The position numbers and the translations under genes are program-made. This document shows positions 19,214 to 28,078 of a stretch of DNA of 64,000 nt, in pieces (position 1 is the first letter of the stretch; every line of letters begins with the position of its first letter). The DNA is from Terrimicrobiaceae bacterium (lineage in GTDB: Bacteria; Verrucomicrobiota; Verrucomicrobiia; Chthoniobacterales; Terrimicrobiaceae). The notes under the pieces are model-generated. The model ran no database searches and was not told the DNA's origin. It saw only the letters and a list, made by a program, of their open reading frames with translations. The stretch covers positions 1 to 64,000 of the forward strand of contig JBGSVZ010000028.1 of the NCBI GenBank assembly GCA_041752695.1, read 5' to 3'.

Positions 19214-20880
19214 TGCCTAAGAAAGTTGGAAAAAAAATTCCCGCTGGAGAGACGCGGGTCGTCGCGTCTTCCGAAGGGGGAAGCGGCGAGGCCCCGCCGC
19301 CCTCCACGGGCCTGTCCGCTGCCCGGGCCGCCCGCCCGCCTGTGGTGCGCATGGTGCGCATTCACGAACTCCTGTCGGCAGGCAAATACCCGAACTGTTC
19401 CAAGCTGGCTCGGGAGTTCGAGGTTTCCGGAAAAACCATCCAGCGCGACGTCGAATTCATGCGCGACCAGCTTGCCCTGCCCATCGAGTATGATGGAGCG
19501 AGGCACGGGTATTTCTACGCGCATGCCGTGGCGCAGTTTCCCATGATCACCGTGAGTGAAGGCGAGTTGGTCGCCCTGTTGGTGGCGCAAAAGGCGGTCG
19601 AACAATACCGAGGCACGTCGTTTGAGAAACCTCTGCATGCCGCCTTCGAAAAGCTGGTCGCCAGCCTGGGCAACGAAGCCAGTGTTTCCCTCCACGAATT
19701 GTCCGAGGCCGTGTCTTTTCGTGCCGCCGGCGTGCCCCGTTCCCAGATTGAGATTTTTGAACTGCTGGCGGATGCGGTGATGACAAGTCGGACGGTGGAG
19801 TTTGACTATCTTTCTCTCCGGGCCAAAACCCGCGAGCGCCGCCGCGTCGACCCCTACCACCTCGCGTGCATCAGTAATCAATGGTATCTGATCGCCAACG
19901 ATCAGGCGCGCGACAGTCTTCGCACCTTTGCCCTGACCCGGGTCGAGAAGGCGAAAAATCTGGGCCTCCCGTTTGAACGCCCAGCCGATTTTTCCGCCGC
20001 GAAAATGCTCTCGGGGAGTTTTGCGGCTTTCGAGGCGGGCAAGACCGAAACCATTCGGATCCTTTTCGACGACTTTGCAGCGAGGCTGGTGGCCGAGCGG
20101 CAATGGCACAAATCCCAGGCGCTGCGCACTTTGCCCGGCGGCGGCGCGGAATTGACCATGCAAGTCGGTCTCGCCCCCGATCTGGAGAGTTGGATCCTCG
20201 GCTGGGGCGGACATGCCGAAGTGCTGGAACCGGCGGTGCTGCGGGAAAAGATTGCGGAAGCCGCCGCGGAAATGGCGCGCCGTTACGTGGAGGGCACCGG
20301 GCCCTTGGTGCCGAAAACTGGGGCGCAAGGGCCTGCGCCCCTCCAGACCATTTCTTCCGTGGAGGGCACCGGGCTCTCGGTGCCCATGATATCCAGGACG
20401 CGAGGGCCCGCGTCCCTCCGAGTCGGCCGCCGTCACCCGGCCCACCATCCTCCCATCGAGCGTCACAACGAAGCGATTATTCTTCTCGTCACGGTCTGCA
20501 CCAAGGACCGCCAACCCATTCTCGCCAATCAGGAGACTTTCGACCTGCTCCATCACGCCTGGGCCGGGGCGACCTCCTGGCATGTGGGGCGATTTGTTTT
20601 AATGCCCGATCATCTTCATCTTTTTTGCTCTCCGGCCGAAAGTCCCGCCCGCCCGGTAAAACAATGGGTGAGGCTTTGGAAAGCGTCGGTCTCCCGCCTC
20701 TGGCCACGGCCCGCCGAACAACCGGTCTGGCAGGTGGACTTTTGGGACCGGCAGCTTCGGAAGGACGAACACTACGCGGAGCGCTGGGAATATGTGCGCA
20801 ATAACCCCACGAGGGCAGGCCTTGTTGCCACCGCGGACGCTTGGCCGTGGCAGGGGGAGGTTCACGAATTGCGGCTCTGA
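19213..20880 (+). CDS. HTH-WYL-WCX (PafBC/DriD-like) transcriptional regulator fused in-frame to a REP-associated tyrosine transposase (RAYT, HUH Y1)
   Basis: HTH KLAREFEVSGKTIQRDVEFMRD; WYL RRVDPYHL...QWYLIA...LRTFALTRV; WCX WILGWGGHAEVLEP. Then LVTVCTKDR, FVLMPDHLHL (HUH), WQVDFWDRQLR, YVRNNPTRAGL. No stop codon lies between the two parts. Confidence 0.88.
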   Translation: MPKKVGKKIPAGETRVVASSEGGSGEAPPPSTGLSAARAARPPVVRMVRIHELLSAGKYPNCSKLAREFEVSGKTIQRDVEFMRDQLALPIEYDGARHGYFYAHAVAQFPMITVSEGELVALLVAQKAVEQYRGTSFEKPLHAAFEKLVASLGNEASVSLHELSEAVSFRAAGVPRSQIEIFELLADAVMTSRTVEFDYLSLRAKTRERRRVDPYHLACISNQWYLIANDQARDSLRTFALTRVEKAKNLGLPFERPADFSAAKMLSGSFAAFEAGKTETIRILFDDFAARLVAERQWHKSQALRTLPGGGAELTMQVGLAPDLESWILGWGGHAEVLEPAVLREKIAEAAAEMARRYVEGTGPLVPKTGAQGPAPLQTISSVEGTGLSVPMISRTRGPASLRVGRRHPAHHPPIERHNEAIILLVTVCTKDRQPILANQETFDLLHHAWAGATSWHVGRFVLMPDHLHLFCSPAESPARPVKQWVRLWKASVSRLWPRPAEQPVWQVDFWDRQLRKDEHYAERWEYVRNNPTRAGLVATADAWPWQGEVHELRL

Positions 20881-20944
20881 AACTGGAGGGTGCCGGGCTC
20901 TCGGCACTTCTCGATTCAAGGATGCGAGGGCCCGCATCCCTCCA
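20288..20944 (+). mobile_element. REPtron-like unit: RAYT coding region flanked by REPs (four upstream at 20288-20419, two downstream at 20884-20944)
   Basis: HUH/Tyr transposase motifs bracketed on both sides by alternately oriented GGAG-headed hairpins, the usual RAYT-REP arrangement. Confidence 0.85.
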
Positions 20945-21090
20945 GGGGGGATCAGGGACGCGACGTTTACCCTCCTTCGGCGGCTCCGGAGGCGACCAGG
21001 GGCGGGCGTCCCTCCAGAATTCCCTCCATTTTTACCCGAACGCATCGTTTTGCTTGATGCCGGACGGGGAAAACAGGAAAACCTTGCGCC

Positions 21091-21636
21091 ATGACCGTAA
21101 CCGCCGATCCGACAGCCGCCGCCGAGCGACAGGCTGACAAGGTGACGCCGGATTTTGAGGCGGAGATCGACGAGATCGTCACGCATTACCCGGTGTCGAA
21201 ACGCAGTGCCTCTTTGCCCCTGCTGCACTACTGGCAAAATCACTTTGGCCATGTGGACGACAGCGGCATCGAATGGATTGCAGGCAAGCTCGGGCTCCAG
21301 CCGATCAACATCTATGAATTGGTCACCTTCTACCCGTGGTTTCGCCGGGAGGCGGCGGGCAAGACGGTCATTCGGGTCTGCCGCACGCTGGCCTGTGCCA
21401 TGGCGGGAAGTTACGACGTGAAGGAAAAATTCTGTCAGGCGGTGGGGATCGACCCCCATCACGAACACCATGGTTTTGGCACCGCTCCGCCGACTGACTC
21501 CGACGGCAAGTTCAGTGTGGAATTTGTCGAGTGTCTCGCCAGTTGCGGCAGCGCGCCCGTCGCGTTGATCAACGACACGTTGTACGAAAAGATCACGCCC
21601 GAATCCGTCGCGGGCATCGTAAAGGACTTGAAATGA
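21091..21636 (+). CDS. nuoE: NADH-quinone oxidoreductase subunit E
   Basis: KRSASLPLLH, VTFYPWF, VCRTLACAMAG, VECLASCGSAP ([2Fe-2S] ligands). Confidence 0.95.
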   Translation: MTVTADPTAAAERQADKVTPDFEAEIDEIVTHYPVSKRSASLPLLHYWQNHFGHVDDSGIEWIAGKLGLQPINIYELVTFYPWFRREAAGKTVIRVCRTLACAMAGSYDVKEKFCQAVGIDPHHEHHGFGTAPPTDSDGKFSVEFVECLASCGSAPVALINDTLYEKITPESVAGIVKDLK

Positions 21637-23000
21637 TCGCCACCGCCAAACCCTTTGTCATGCCCGAGGCGCACCCCAAGGAGCGTCGGATCATTTTCGA
21701 AAATCTGAGCATCCCCGGCTACGATGCCTCGATTGAGACCTACCTGAAGCACGGCGGTTACGAGTCTCTAAAAAAGGCCGTCACGATGAAGCCCTCGGAG
21801 ATCATCGACACGATCAAGGCTTCCAATCTCCGTGGCCGCGGCGGCGCGGGTTTCCCCTGCGGTGCGAAGTGGAGCTTCATCAAATACGATGACGGCAAGG
21901 ATCATTACATCGTCGTCAATGGCGACGAGTCGGAGCCCGGCACGTTCAAGGACCGCTACATCCTGCATTACGATCCGCATCAGTTGATTGAAGGCCTCGC
22001 CATCTCGGCCTTCGCGACCAACACGCATCTTTGTTACATCTACATCCGCTGCGAATTTCCCGAGGCGGCCAGGATCGTATGGAACGCCATCAAGGAGGCC
22101 CGCGCGAAAGGTTTTGTCGGGAAGAATATTTGTGGGTCCGGGTTCGACGTGGACATGTACGTCCACCAGGGAGCCGGCGCATACATCTGCGGTGAAGAAA
22201 CCAGCTTGCTCGAGTCGCTCGAAGGCAAACGCCCTTATCCGCGCATCAAACCGCCCTATTTCCCCGCCGTGCTCGGCCTCTACATGAAGCCGACCATCGT
22301 GAACAACGTGGAGACCATCTGCCATGTGAAGCACATCCTGCGGATGGGGCCGGAAGAGTATGCCAAGATGGGCACGCCTGGCGATGGCGGCACGCGAACC
22401 ATGTGTGTGAGCGGTGACGTGATGAAGCCGGGCTTTTACGAATTACCAGCCGGTGCGGTCACGCTGGGTGAATTGATTTACGACATTTGCGGCGGACTCA
22501 AACCCGGACGGAAATTAAAGGCCGTCATTCCCGGCGGCAGTTCCGCCAAGGTGCTGCGGGCCGACGAGGTTTATAAAATCAAGGTCAAGGGCGCCGACGG
22601 CCAGATGGTCGACAAGGAGCTCAAGATGCTCGACGTCGTGATGGATGCCTCCAGCCTCGCCGCGGTTGGCACCATGGTGGGATCCGGTGGCGTGATGGTC
22701 ATGGATGACACCCGCGAGATGGTCTGGGCGCTGAATAATCTGAACCAATTTTACGCCCACGAAAGCTGCGGACAGTGCACGCCCTGCCGCGAAGGCAGTC
22801 TCTGGATGTCAAAGATCACCACCCGCATGCTCGACGGTGGCGCGGCGGATAACGATCCCAAGACCTTGCAAAATGTCGCCGACAACATCGCGGGGCGCAC
22901 GGTCTGCGCCTTTGGGGAAGCCTGTTCCTGGCCGACCCAGAGTTTTCTCGCCAAATTTCCGGAGGAGTTCGAAGCCCTCGCGGCGGGTGAGAAAAGTTAG
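21633..23000 (+). CDS. nuoF: NADH-quinone oxidoreductase subunit F
   Basis: LRGRGGAGFP, NGDESEPGTFKDR, GAGAYICGEETSLLESLEG, ESCGQCTPCREG. ATGA overlap with nuoE. Confidence 0.97.
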   Translation: MIATAKPFVMPEAHPKERRIIFENLSIPGYDASIETYLKHGGYESLKKAVTMKPSEIIDTIKASNLRGRGGAGFPCGAKWSFIKYDDGKDHYIVVNGDESEPGTFKDRYILHYDPHQLIEGLAISAFATNTHLCYIYIRCEFPEAARIVWNAIKEARAKGFVGKNICGSGFDVDMYVHQGAGAYICGEETSLLESLEGKRPYPRIKPPYFPAVLGLYMKPTIVNNVETICHVKHILRMGPEEYAKMGTPGDGGTRTMCVSGDVMKPGFYELPAGAVTLGELIYDICGGLKPGRKLKAVIPGGSSAKVLRADEVYKIKVKGADGQMVDKELKMLDVVMDASSLAAVGTMVGSGGVMVMDDTREMVWALNNLNQFYAHESCGQCTPCREGSLWMSKITTRMLDGGAADNDPKTLQNVADNIAGRTVCAFGEACSWPTQSFLAKFPEEFEALAAGEKS

Positions 23001-23071
23001 ACGGGGAGGCGGGCGTCGCGCTGTTGTGATGATGCCCATCCCCTGAGCGGGGATGAGATATTCAAGGTGCC

Positions 23072-24496
23072 ATGGAATCTGAGACTCTGATGCCCGAGGC
23101 GGCCTTACCGTGGTGGCTTCGTCCGGCTGGCTGGCGGGGGTTGGCGGTAATTTTGCCCGTGGTGGTGGCGATTCATCTGTTGGCCGCGGCGGTGACGATC
23201 CGGCATTCCAATCAGGATTCGACGGCTTCGGATCAGGGCGCGGAAATGTGGTTGGCCGCGACGGCGCGCGGCGATCTGCTGCCGCAGCGGACAGACGGGG
23301 TGCGTCATCCGCTATTCTCGTGGGTGGCGCGAAATTTTTACACGGAGGACAAGGCGGAATTTTTTGCGCGCGGGAAGTGGTTAAACACGGCTCTTTGTGT
23401 CGTATTCCTCGGCCTGCTGGGGGCGGCGGTGGCGCGGTGGCTGGATCCGCTGGCGTTGGCGAATCTCCTGTTCCTGGCAAGTGTGGGCATCCTGTTGGTG
23501 CGCGGGACGTATTTTCAACCGGAGCCGCTGTATTACACCACGTCGTTTCTGGCAGCAGTGCTGGCGTGGCGGCTGTTGGGGGGTGGTTCGTTATGGTTGT
23601 GGGCGATGTTCGGGGTGGTGTGCGGACTCGCCTATTTATCGAAACCCTCGCTGCAACCTCTGCTGATCGTCTTTTGCGCGGCGTTTTTTTTCCGGGCCGC
23701 GCTGGCCCTGCGCGGGTCGGGATGGAGGGTGTCGGCCAATCTGGGCGGACTGGCGCTGGTCCTCGGGATTCTGGGCGTAATGCTGGTCCCGTTGGCCATG
23801 TTCAGCGCGTCCCATTTCGGCAAGCCCCTCTTTAACTACACAAAGTATTGGATGTGGATGGACGATTTTGAGACGCAGGCCTGGCCGTTTCAGGACAAAT
23901 ACCCGGGGGGCGTGCAGTTGAAGACCCTGCCCCCGGAGGAAACGCCTTCTTTGGGCTGGTATTTCCAGCGCCACAGCGCGGGGGACTTTGTCGGCCGCCT
24001 GACCGAGGGGATGCAAGGAGTGACGGTCAGGTTTTTTTTCCCGGAACAGAAGGTGAAGGTCGGGGCATTTTTCTGGCGCAAGGACGGCAAAAAATGGGAG
24101 CAACCTCTGGCTCATCGCGGGGTCTATGTGCTTGCGCTCGCCGGGTTGGTGGGCGGACTGGCCGTGGCGGCTCGCAAGTCCTTGGGGGATGTGCTGCGAA
24201 ATCCGGATGCGTGGGCAAGGACGGCATTCGTGCTGATGGTCGCGGGAATTTACATCGGGTTGTACGGCTGGTACTGGCCCATCGGGAAGGGGGATCGTTT
24301 CATGGGAAGTCTCTGGATTCCCTGTGTCTTCCTGCTGATCTGGCTGGCACGGCATCTGCGGGAGCGTCTTTCTGAGGCGGCGGGGAACTGGGCCTATCTC
24401 GGCGTGCACACGGCGGTACTGGCTTCGGTTTTATTGCAGGCAGCCGGGATGTTCTGGAAGTTCCACCACGGGATGTATTTGGTGACGAAAAATTGA
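23072..24496 (+). CDS. Polytopic membrane protein, GT-C fold (ArnT/PMT-like) glycosyltransferase candidate
   Basis: Many TM segments, DQ in the first loop, RHPLFSW, FQPEPLYY, GLAYLSKPS. Confidence 0.6.
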   Translation: MESETLMPEAALPWWLRPAGWRGLAVILPVVVAIHLLAAAVTIRHSNQDSTASDQGAEMWLAATARGDLLPQRTDGVRHPLFSWVARNFYTEDKAEFFARGKWLNTALCVVFLGLLGAAVARWLDPLALANLLFLASVGILLVRGTYFQPEPLYYTTSFLAAVLAWRLLGGGSLWLWAMFGVVCGLAYLSKPSLQPLLIVFCAAFFFRAALALRGSGWRVSANLGGLALVLGILGVMLVPLAMFSASHFGKPLFNYTKYWMWMDDFETQAWPFQDKYPGGVQLKTLPPEETPSLGWYFQRHSAGDFVGRLTEGMQGVTVRFFFPEQKVKVGAFFWRKDGKKWEQPLAHRGVYVLALAGLVGGLAVAARKSLGDVLRNPDAWARTAFVLMVAGIYIGLYGWYWPIGKGDRFMGSLWIPCVFLLIWLARHLRERLSEAAGNWAYLGVHTAVLASVLLQAAGMFWKFHHGMYLVTKN

Positions 24497-24503
24497 GGGA
24501 GGT

Positions 24504-24530
24504 GGGACGCAAGGGCCTGCGTCCCCTCCA
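24504..24530 (-). repeat. Single REP
   Basis: Reverse complement TGGAGGGGACGCAGGCCCTTGCGTCCC. Confidence 0.8.
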
Positions 24531-24580
24531 GGTTGCAAAAGTGCTTGGAGACCGGGGCGCGGGCTGGCAGGGTGCCGCGC

Positions 24581-25804
24581 ATGCAAGACGGGGAAAGCAA
24601 AGGATTGCTGGCATGGTGGAATCGCACGCCGCTTTATCTACGCATTGTCGGGGGCATGGTGCTGGGGGTGTTGGTGGGAATGGTGTTGGGACCGCAGGCT
24701 GCGCCGCTGGCAATTCCCAGCAAATTGGTGCTGCGTTTGCTTGGTGCCCTGGCTCCGGCGCTGATTCTTTTTGCGATCATGCAGGCCATCATCAAGGCCA
24801 CCTTCGAGCCCGGCACCGCGCCCCGCCTGGTGCGGTTGCTTATGCTGAACACGCTGGTGGCCATCGCGGTGGGTCTCGCGGTGGCCAACGTCATCCAACC
24901 CGGCCGCGCGGCGCCGTTGGAAAGACCTGCAGGGGAAGTTTCGGAGGTGAAGGTGGATATTCTGCACCAGTTTCTCGAAAACGTGCCGAAGAGCCTGTTG
25001 GGCCCCCTGGGGGATGAGGGCAAAGTCATCGGCGTGATTTTTATCGCCATCGCCTTCGGCATCGCGCTGCGGCGGAGTTCGAAGAAGGATGCGGTCGTGC
25101 CGTGGGTCGATCTTGGACTCGACACGTTGATCATCATTTTGCACTGGATAATTGCGGTGGTGCCGCTGGCGGTCTTTGGGCTGGTCGCGAGCATCATCGG
25201 CACGAAAGGGTTTGGTGCCTTCATTGCGCTCGGCGCGTTCGTGGTGGCGGTCCTGGTGGCGCTGCTCATTCAGGCGTTGTATTACCTGATTCGGGTGCGG
25301 TTTTGTTCCTGGGTGCGTCCTCTCGATTTGCTGCGGGGATGCCGGGACGCTTTGGTGATGGCATTTTCCACGGGAAGCTCCACCGCGACGATGCCCGTGA
25401 CTTTTGAATGTCTGAAAAACCGGGTGGGCCTGCGCGAAAAATCCGCCAGCCTGGGGGCGCTGCTGGGGGCAAATTTTAACAACGACGGCACGGCGCTTTA
25501 TGAGGCCATGGCCGCGCTTTTTATCGCCCAGTTGCTGGGGATCGAATTGACCCTGACCCAACAGTTCATGGTGGTTGTCACCTCCGTGATTGCTTCCATC
25601 GGCGCGGCGGGCATTCCCGAGGCGGGGCTGGTCACCATGACCCTGGTCTTCAGCGCGGTCGGTTTGCCGATTGAATACATCGCTCTCCTGCTGCCCGTGG
25701 ATTGGTTCCTCGACCGCTGCCGCACCGCGATCAATGTGATGGGGGACATGAACGTGAGCTGCATCCTCGACGGTAAGACCCGCGAGGTGCGGGTGGCCGT
25801 TTAG
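24581..25804 (+). CDS. Dicarboxylate/amino acid:cation symporter (DAACS, GltP-like)
   Basis: AFSTGSSTATMP, GANFNNDGTALYE, SIGAAGIPEAG, VDWFLDRCRTAINVMGD. Confidence 0.95.
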   Translation: MQDGESKGLLAWWNRTPLYLRIVGGMVLGVLVGMVLGPQAAPLAIPSKLVLRLLGALAPALILFAIMQAIIKATFEPGTAPRLVRLLMLNTLVAIAVGLAVANVIQPGRAAPLERPAGEVSEVKVDILHQFLENVPKSLLGPLGDEGKVIGVIFIAIAFGIALRRSSKKDAVVPWVDLGLDTLIIILHWIIAVVPLAVFGLVASIIGTKGFGAFIALGAFVVAVLVALLIQALYYLIRVRFCSWVRPLDLLRGCRDALVMAFSTGSSTATMPVTFECLKNRVGLREKSASLGALLGANFNNDGTALYEAMAALFIAQLLGIELTLTQQFMVVVTSVIASIGAAGIPEAGLVTMTLVFSAVGLPIEYIALLLPVDWFLDRCRTAINVMGDMNVSCILDGKTREVRVAV

Positions 25805-25857
25805 CGGGCGGATATTTTCATCGCGTGCCGGCCTGCCAGGCTTTATGAGGTGGGTTT

Positions 25858-26352
25858 ATGCAAGCCCTTCGCATTCTCTCCGTCGCCCTGCTTTTCGCCG
25901 CCCTTGCGGCCTGCGCCACCACGGCTCCCAAACCCTCCGGCCCGCCCACGGTTGTGCTGGCCAAACTCAAGGCGATGGATGTCAACAGTGCCACCTACGC
26001 CAAGATCGAAAATCACCGGGTGCTCACTTATGCGGATATCTATGGGTTGGTGAAACAAGACGTTCCGAATCCGGTCATCCTCACTTATCTGCAAAGCACG
26101 CACGCTCCTTATACCCTCACAACGAGCCAACTCGAGGCACTGGATGATGCCGGAGCCAGTCCGGAACTGGTCAATTACCTCGGCAAGTCGGTGGGCTATT
26201 TTGAGGCGACGGAACGCAGTCAGACCGGCGGGGCGGGCCAATGGAAAAAGAATCCGTATTTTAACGACCCCTATTACCTTGGCGTCTCGCCGTTTGGGTA
26301 CGGATGGCCCGGAGAGTGGTATGACTCTGGCTGGGTGGACGGCGCGTTTTAG
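25858..26352 (+). CDS. Lipoprotein of unknown function
   Basis: Lipobox LAA-C. DIYGLVKQDVPNPVILTYL...LDDAGASPELVNY, aromatic/Gly-rich tail. Confidence 0.75.
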   Translation: MQALRILSVALLFAALAACATTAPKPSGPPTVVLAKLKAMDVNSATYAKIENHRVLTYADIYGLVKQDVPNPVILTYLQSTHAPYTLTTSQLEALDDAGASPELVNYLGKSVGYFEATERSQTGGAGQWKKNPYFNDPYYLGVSPFGYGWPGEWYDSGWVDGAF

Positions 26353-26426
26353 CGGATGATCCTTCCGCTCCTGGACCGAAAACGCCTCTCCGCACTGGTT
26401 GGTGGCTGTCGGAAAACAAGAAAGGG

Positions 26427-26477
26427 GGAGGGATGCGGGGCCTCGCATCCCCGGCGGCAAGGGCCTGCCGCCCTCCA
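26427..26477. repeat. REP doublet
   Basis: GGAGGGATGCGGGGCCTCGCATCCC + GGCGGCAAGGGCCTGCCGCCCTCCA. Confidence 0.85.
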
Positions 26478-26534
26478 GACGGAGACTTCCCGGAGAGTTT
26501 CCTGTGGCGGGTCATCGGAACCGCGTCTTTTGGC

Positions 26535-27509
26535 ATGATTGCCGCGCGGTTGCACGGGTTCGGCAAGGCGGCCGAGGTGTTGCGGGTGGAAAAGATTCCT
26601 TTCCCGGAAGTGCAGGATGACGAACTGCTTCTCGAAATGCTGGCCGCGCCGGTGAATCCGGCGGACCTGAATGTGATCGAGGGAAAATACGGGGAGCTTC
26701 CCGCGTTGCCGACGATCATTGGCAACGAGGGCGTCGGGCGCGTGGCCGGTTTGGGCCGGGCGGTGCGGGGGTTTGTCCTCGGGGACCTTGTTCTTCCCAT
26801 GGCGCGGGCGTCTTGGACGAGTCACCTCACAGTCGCGGCCACCCGGGCGGTGAAGTTGCCTCCATCGCTGGATGTTTTTCAGGCGGCCATGCTGGCGGTG
26901 AATCCCCCCTCGGCACTGGGCATGTTGGAGGATTTTGTGGCGCTGGAGCCGGGTGATTGGGTGGTGCAGAATGCGGCTAACTCCGCGGTCGGACGCTGTG
27001 TGATGCAGATCGCGCGATCCCGGGGGTGGCGGACTCTGAACGTGGTGCGGCGGCGGGAACTCGTGGACGAACTCAGTGAGCTCGGAGGGGACGCGGTCGT
27101 TTTGGAAGATGTCGAGCTTCGGGCCGTGGCGTCCGAAGTTTGCGGGGGAAAGCTTCCCCGCCTGGCTCTAAATGCGGTGGGCGGGGCCAGTGCCTTAAAT
27201 CTGGCCAACGCCCTGGCGGATGAAGGCACCCTGGTCACTTATGGGGCGATGGGCCGACAGCCATTAAAAATTCCCAATGGGCTCCTAATTTTTCGCGGCT
27301 TGAATTTGCGAGGTTTCTGGCTACGACGTTGGATGCACGAGGAAAAGCGGGCCCGGCAGGCGCTCGGAGCCCTCGCGGAATTGGCGGTGGCGGGCAACCT
27401 CAAGATGCCGGTGCACCGTGTGTTTGGCCTCTCCGAGGTGCAGGCTGCGGTGGAGGAGGCGGGGCGCGAACAGCGTTCCGGCAAGGTCCTCCTCGATCTC
27501 CGACGGTAA
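26535..27509 (+). CDS. MDR-family 2-enoyl thioester reductase (MECR/Etr1-like)
   Basis: MLAAPVNPADLNVIEGKY, GNEGVG, VNPPSA, VQNAANSAVG, LALNAVGG, VTYGAM, LRGFWL. Confidence 0.88.
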   Translation: MIAARLHGFGKAAEVLRVEKIPFPEVQDDELLLEMLAAPVNPADLNVIEGKYGELPALPTIIGNEGVGRVAGLGRAVRGFVLGDLVLPMARASWTSHLTVAATRAVKLPPSLDVFQAAMLAVNPPSALGMLEDFVALEPGDWVVQNAANSAVGRCVMQIARSRGWRTLNVVRRRELVDELSELGGDAVVLEDVELRAVASEVCGGKLPRLALNAVGGASALNLANALADEGTLVTYGAMGRQPLKIPNGLLIFRGLNLRGFWLRRWMHEEKRARQALGALAELAVAGNLKMPVHRVFGLSEVQAAVEEAGREQRSGKVLLDLRR

Positions 27510-27556
27510 GAAAAATCCATTGCAGAATTTGCTCCGCCGTCCATTTTAGGACGTTT

Positions 27557-28078
27557 ATGCAAATTTCCAAAATCGCCCTCTTTGCCAGTCTTCTCCCAAT
27601 GGCTTCGATCTTTGCCGGAACTCCCGTGCCGGTGGTAAACCCGGGCTTCGAAGAGGGAAAAAAGGCGTGGACCGATGACAAAGGAACCTCCGCGGTGACC
27701 AAGGAGGCCGCTCATTCGGGCAACGCGGGGTTGCGCGTGGTCGATCCCAATCTCACCGATTACAATCGCGTGGTGTCCGAGCCCATCAAAATCACGCCGG
27801 GAAAAACCTACCGTCTGGACATGATGGTCCGACAGGTGCAGAGCCACGGGGTCAACGGGATCTTGTGGTTCCTCGACGCGGAACAGGAGATCATCCCCTG
27901 GCCGGATGGCTCCCGTTTGCTGATCCGTCCGGCGGATGAAGCCACGGGCTGGGAAAAGCTGGGCGTCGAAGGCAAGGCTCCCGCCAACGCGGTGTATGCG
28001 CAGATTCATATCCAATCCAATCGCATGGCGGCCGCCACGGTGGATTTTGATGATGTCACGCTGACGCAGCTCGACTGA
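27557..28078 (+). CDS. Secreted CBM4/9-like carbohydrate-binding protein
   Basis: Signal peptide, VNPGFEEG, AAHSG, PGKTYRL, APANA, DFDDVTL. TGATG coupling to hisS. Confidence 0.75.
   Translation: MQISKIALFASLLPMASIFAGTPVPVVNPGFEEGKKAWTDDKGTSAVTKEAAHSGNAGLRVVDPNLTDYNRVVSEPIKITPGKTYRLDMMVRQVQSHGVNGILWFLDAEQEIIPWPDGSRLLIRPADEATGWEKLGVEGKAPANAVYAQIHIQSNRMAAATVDFDDVTLTQLD

Noticed and set aside
18984..19361. 125-aa minus-strand ORF from the track
   Set aside because: It overlaps the WYL gene start and is low-complexity. The 52-aa ORF in another frame fits the gap better.
20288..20419. Four short repeats as a possible CRISPR mini-array
   Set aside because: The repeats alternate in orientation, spacers are only ~7-15 nt, copies are dispersed elsewhere in the window, and there are no cas genes. 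This fits REPs.
20386..20880. IS200/IS605 TnpA with TnpB
   Set aside because: No tnpB is present. The WQ..F.D and Y..NNP motifs and multiple flanking REPs indicate RAYT.
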